The notes under the pieces are model-generated. The model did not search any database, was not told where the DNA came from, and saw nothing but the letters and a program-made list of their open reading frames with translations. DNA of 64,000 nucleotides from Eledone cirrhosa (lineage: Eukaryota): the NCBI GenBank assembly GCA_964016885.1, contig OZ024740.1, positions 254,696,001-254,760,000 on the forward strand. The letters are read 5' to 3'. A program made the translations under genes and the position numbers. Numbering within the stretch: position 1 is the first letter of the stretch; every line of letters starts with the position of its first letter. This document shows, piece after piece, positions 1-64,000 of this stretch.

Positions 1-1210
1 ATAGTAAATGAACTGATACTTCTTTCTTCCATGTTCGTTGATAGATGTTTTAAAAAAAGATTTATCGCTATTTTTTTTGTTGTTGAATAAATTTATCTGT
101 TGCTTTTGAATAATTGTTGTTTCGTATGAAATGTAATAAGTTCTCTTTGTCATTGAAGTAAATAAATGTTTGATCGTTCCAAACTCAAATACAAACGTTC
201 TCTCTCTCTCTCTCTTAAAGTTTGTAAGTTTAATCATATATAAGAGAAAGTTGCAGCATGTATGTAGTTTTATCGAATTTTAAGGGGAGTAGAGAGAGGG
301 TATCTGATTGTATTAGAGGGATAAAGCGTCATGTATTTAGTTTTATCGATTATTTCCGTAATTGTGGGTGAGTTTGAATGAAATAAATAGTCGTTGACCT
401 AAGTTAGACCATTTACAACATTCTTACTGACTTTGAATCGAATCGGTTTGAAATTGTGCAAATGTATAAACATGGAACATGCACACACACACACAACAAC
501 AACAATCTGCCTTTTATAGATAATGATACACACACACATAGATACATACATTCACACATGTATATATGGGCATTCCAGTTTCATTTCGCATTATATACAT
601 GTCTGTGTTTATTTTAATTATTTAAAAATTATTTTTAAGTGAACATGATTTAAAAAAAATATTTTGAAGTGAACGTGACCCAACAGGTCACTGGTGGTCT
701 AGTGGGTTCCTAAATTTCTCACATAAGGAAGGGCACCCAGCAGTAGAAACTAGACTAAAAGAGTTGAGAAAACACTTTTGTTGTATCAAGGCAAGACAAC
801 CTCTCTAGTGTTGGTGCTATGATAAAATGCCCCCAAGCCATAGAAAACTTTACAAATATAGAGTCAAGACAACTCTTCAACTGTATCAAGGACATGACAA
901 CCTAATGCTAGTGCTATAATAAAATGAACCTAGTACATTCTGTAAAGTGTGCGTGTGCATGTAAGTGAGATACAAGCATGTCTTTGATTAAGTACTGACT
1001 TGATTTGTAACAACCCATCCAACCCTTATTAGCAGGGTAATCAGACATAAAATGATGAAGATGATGAAGGCTTTGGTCCTACAGAGGCTATGGAAGAAGG
1101 CATTTGCTTAAGATGTCATGAAGTAGGATAGAACCTTAAATCATGTAGTTACAAAAGCAAATTACTTAACCACACAGCTATGTCTACACTGAAATTCTAG
1201 AAATATTTAC

Positions 1211-63406
<62,196 letters not shown>

Positions 63407-64000
63407 CTGAAAAGATGAAAAGATATATAAACATTTCATCTAGATTCTATTTAATAATTTAACAATAAAAAGGTCTTTTTTTTAATGTACACATTTATTT
63501 TAGAATATACAAGTTATTTTAATTCAATGTATACAAGTTATTTTATTTTAATGTATTATGTTATATTATTTGACAAAGCTAATTATACCAAAACAAAACA
63601 CATTATTAAAGGGAACAAAAATTAAAAAACGAAATGAAAAAAAAAGAAAAAAGAAGCAACAAAAAAAGGGAGAGGTGGAGGGAGAGATACTACACCCTAG
63701 TCTGAGCAGTACCTCAGCCATGCATGCCTCATGGACAAAATGGCAAAGGCATTACCGTGAAGATCCAGTCTAGATGAGATATGTACATGCTATTATTAAT
63801 TTTTGAGAAACCACCAGCAATTTAACTTTCATATATTTATTTACAGACTGCTCTAATATGCTAGAAATAACAGCCAAATATCCACCTAATTGCACCTTAC
63901 GTTCTTACAAAAAGGAAGGACATATTGGATAATGCAGTCATAGATTTACTGTCTGAATAAAAACTGGATGGTCAAAGCTAGAACGTCTGTGATCCTATGT

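Overview
AT-rich, microsatellite-laden animal genomic DNA. The repeat landscape (RTE LINEs with (GAT)n tails, tRNA-type SINEs, very long (TA)n tracts) suggests a coleoid cephalopod such as Octopus; this is inference only. The whole window lies inside one minus-strand gene, phosphorylase kinase regulatory subunit beta (PHKB). I traced 19 GT-AG exons between 63406 and 1211 that join in phase into 849 codons, and both ends of the gene lie outside the window. The introns hold one intact RTE LINE (1022 aa, with a PHD finger inside the RT) and many fragments of related RTE families. They also hold two tandem Tx1/L1-type LINEs in a (TATC)n tract, Penelope-like (probably Naiad-type) elements, SINEs, MITEs and satellites. 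The strongest hidden signal is about eight type I hammerhead ribozyme motifs on both strands. They sit in Penelope pseudo-LTRs and in small non-coding elements embedded in (TA)n tracts, and include a U3-A8 covariant core and a 466-nt terminally redundant retrozyme-like monomer. Several PHKB exon edges also carry local tandem duplications, one of which creates an in-frame alternative splice acceptor. All structures were read by eye; no database search or folding program was run.
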